Assembly (NCBI RefSeq): GCF_023055435.1
Contig: NW_025963890.1
Location: 57,288,001 to 57,352,000 of the forward strand
Origin: Haliotis rufescens
Lineage: Eukaryota
Direction: 5' to 3'
DNA length: 64,000 nucleotides
Shown: piece after piece, positions 62,193-64,000 of the stretch
Layout of the letters: each line of letters starts with the position of its first letter
Position numbering within the stretch: position 1 is the stretch's first letter
Notes under the pieces: generated by a model
The model's database searches: none
What the model was told of the DNA's origin: nothing
The model's input: the letters and a program-made list of their open reading frames with translations, nothing else
Made by a program: the position numbers and the translations under genes

Positions 62193-62254
62193 CTGGTAGC
62201 AAAAATGTATCACGTGCGTCATCGTTAACTTTACTGCTACAACTTCTTTTACCA

Positions 62255-62631
62255 CCACACCATTACTACTACTACTGCTGCCGCTGCTACTACTACTGTT
62301 ACTACTGCTACCTACTACTGTGTATTGCTGTTGCTTCTACTACTACTTCTTCTTCTACTTCTACTTCTGCTACCACCATTACTACTAATACTGCTGCCGC
62401 TTCTGGTAGCAAAAATGTATCACGTGCGTCATCGTTAACTTTACTGCTACAACTTCTTTTACCACCACCACCATTACGTCTACTACTGCTGCCGCTGCTA
62501 ATAGTACTGTTACTACTGCTACCTACTACTATTGCTGTTGTTGCTACTACGACGACGACTACTACTACTACCACCACCACCATTACTACTACTACTGCTG
62601 CCGCTGCTTCCTACGACTATTGCTTTTGTTG

Positions 62632-62663
<32 letters not shown>

Positions 62664-62762
62664 GCTACTTCTACTACCACCACCACCTTTGCTACTAATT
62701 ACTACTAGTGCTGCTGCTACTGTTATCTACTATTATTGCTGTTGTTGCTACTACTATTACTT

Positions 62763-62795
<33 letters not shown>

Positions 62796-62963
62796 TTACT
62801 ACTTCTACTACCACCGCCACCACCATTCCTACTACTGTTACTACTGCTACTTACTACTACTACTACTACTACTACTTCTACTACTACTACTACTACTACT
62901 GTCTACTACTATTGCTGTTGTTGCTACTACTACTACTACAACTACTACTACTACTACTACTAC
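62255..62963. repeat. Compound (CTA/CTG/CCA)n microsatellite
   Basis: Seen directly; the 62193-62300 block is repeated at 62403-62530. Confidence 0.95.
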
Positions 62964-63190
62964 CCCAGTGGGTATTCCGGTTTAGAATTATAGGTACCCA
63001 GCTGACTGTGCTGGTCGTAATAGATCGGGTGATCACTCTCGTTAACTTGATTATTGCTCAGCGTAATCAGACGGCGGGGATCGTTCCACACAATATCGAT
63101 CACTGTAGATTGTCTGGTCCAGACTCGATTATTTGAAGGGCGCCGTCGCATGGCTTGAAAATTTATAAATGGTGCCTGTAACAAAAAAAC
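62964..63190 (+). mobile_element. Old, diverged full-length copy of family B
   Basis: GATTGTCTGGTCCAGACTCGATTATTT core plus a recognisable head and tail. Confidence 0.7.
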
Positions 63191-63356
63191 ATTACCACTA
63201 CCACTGTGGGAATTTCAGTTTAAAATATCCCGGTGCGGGGGCTTTAATGTTACGTGGTAAGGCTTGTTGGTTGATAGAGTGCGCCCTTGATTCTTATGGC
63301 TGAACTGGTGAACGTTGTTTGCGCATTTGTAGGGCCTTGAGCTGGAACAAAATTAT

Positions 63357-64000
63357 ACAAACATTGCAATCTATACGCATTCACAAACATTGCAATCTAT
63401 ACGCATTCACAAACATTGCAATATATACGCATTCACAAACATTGCAATCTATACGCATTCACAAACATTGCAATCTATACGCATTCACAAACATTGCAAT
63501 ATATACGCATTCACAAACATTGCAACCTATACGCATTCACAAACATTGCAATCTATACGCATTCACAAACATTGCAATCTATACGCATTCACAAACATTG
63601 CAATATGTACGCATTCACAAACATTGCAATCTATACGCATTCACAAACATTGCCAGCGAAACGCATTCACAAACATTGCAATCTATACGCATTCACAAAC
63701 ATTGCAATCTGTACGCATTCACAAACATTGCAATCCGTACGCATTCACAAACATTGCAATATATACGCATTCACAAACATTGCAATCTAAACGCATTCAC
63801 ACACATTGCAATCTATACGCATTCACAAACATTGCAATCTACACGCATTCACAAACATTGCAATCTATACGCATTCACAAACATTGCCAGCAAAACGCAT
63901 TCACAAACATTGCAATCTATACGCATTCACAAACATTGCAATCTGTACGCATTCACAAACATTGCAATCCGTACGCATTCACAAACATTGCAATATATAC
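63357..64000. repeat. 26-bp minisatellite, about 24 copies, running off the window
   Basis: Unit ACAAACATTGCAATCTATACGCATTC. Confidence 0.97.

Noticed and set aside
62308-63136. Poly-Leu, poly-Thr, poly-Tyr and poly-Val ORFs
   Set aside because: Translations of a trinucleotide microsatellite.
63416-63790. Repetitive 124-aa ORF (also 23259-23462)
   Set aside because: Minisatellite read-through.

Overview
AT-rich animal genomic DNA with spliceosomal introns and two N-gaps. Its SINE and Penelope-like repeat content looks molluscan, and the (GAGT)n-tailed tRNA-SINEs suggest abalone (Haliotis); this is recognition from memory, not a search. The window is dominated by a tandem array of three-exon genes that the ORF track only partly shows. 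Each has a TATA box, a short non-coding exon 1, a signal-peptide exon 2 and a phase-1 intron, then exon 3. Seven close paralogs (ATG at about 4.1, 13.0, 21.9, 28.2, 35.2, 42.3 and 50.4 kb, + strand) encode ~159-aa secreted proteins with a Cys-free mature region, an Asn/His-rich middle and a C-terminal domain of about 28% Met. An eighth, divergent paralog (154 aa) lies at 56.3-57.2 kb. A ninth, inverted and frameshifted relic lacking the Met-rich domain lies at ~62.1 kb. The array was built from an ~8.9-kb tandem duplication (x2) and a ~7-kb one (x3), with breakpoints inside the genes, chimeric copies, relic exon fragments and strong homogenisation of the exon-3 core. Spacers hold decayed LINEs (R4/Dong-like, RTE-X-like, L2-like), Penelope-like (Naiad-type) RT fragments, five SINE or SINE-like families (many copies with TSDs and matching empty sites), a Tc1/mariner-type MITE, a fold-back inversion and several minisatellites.
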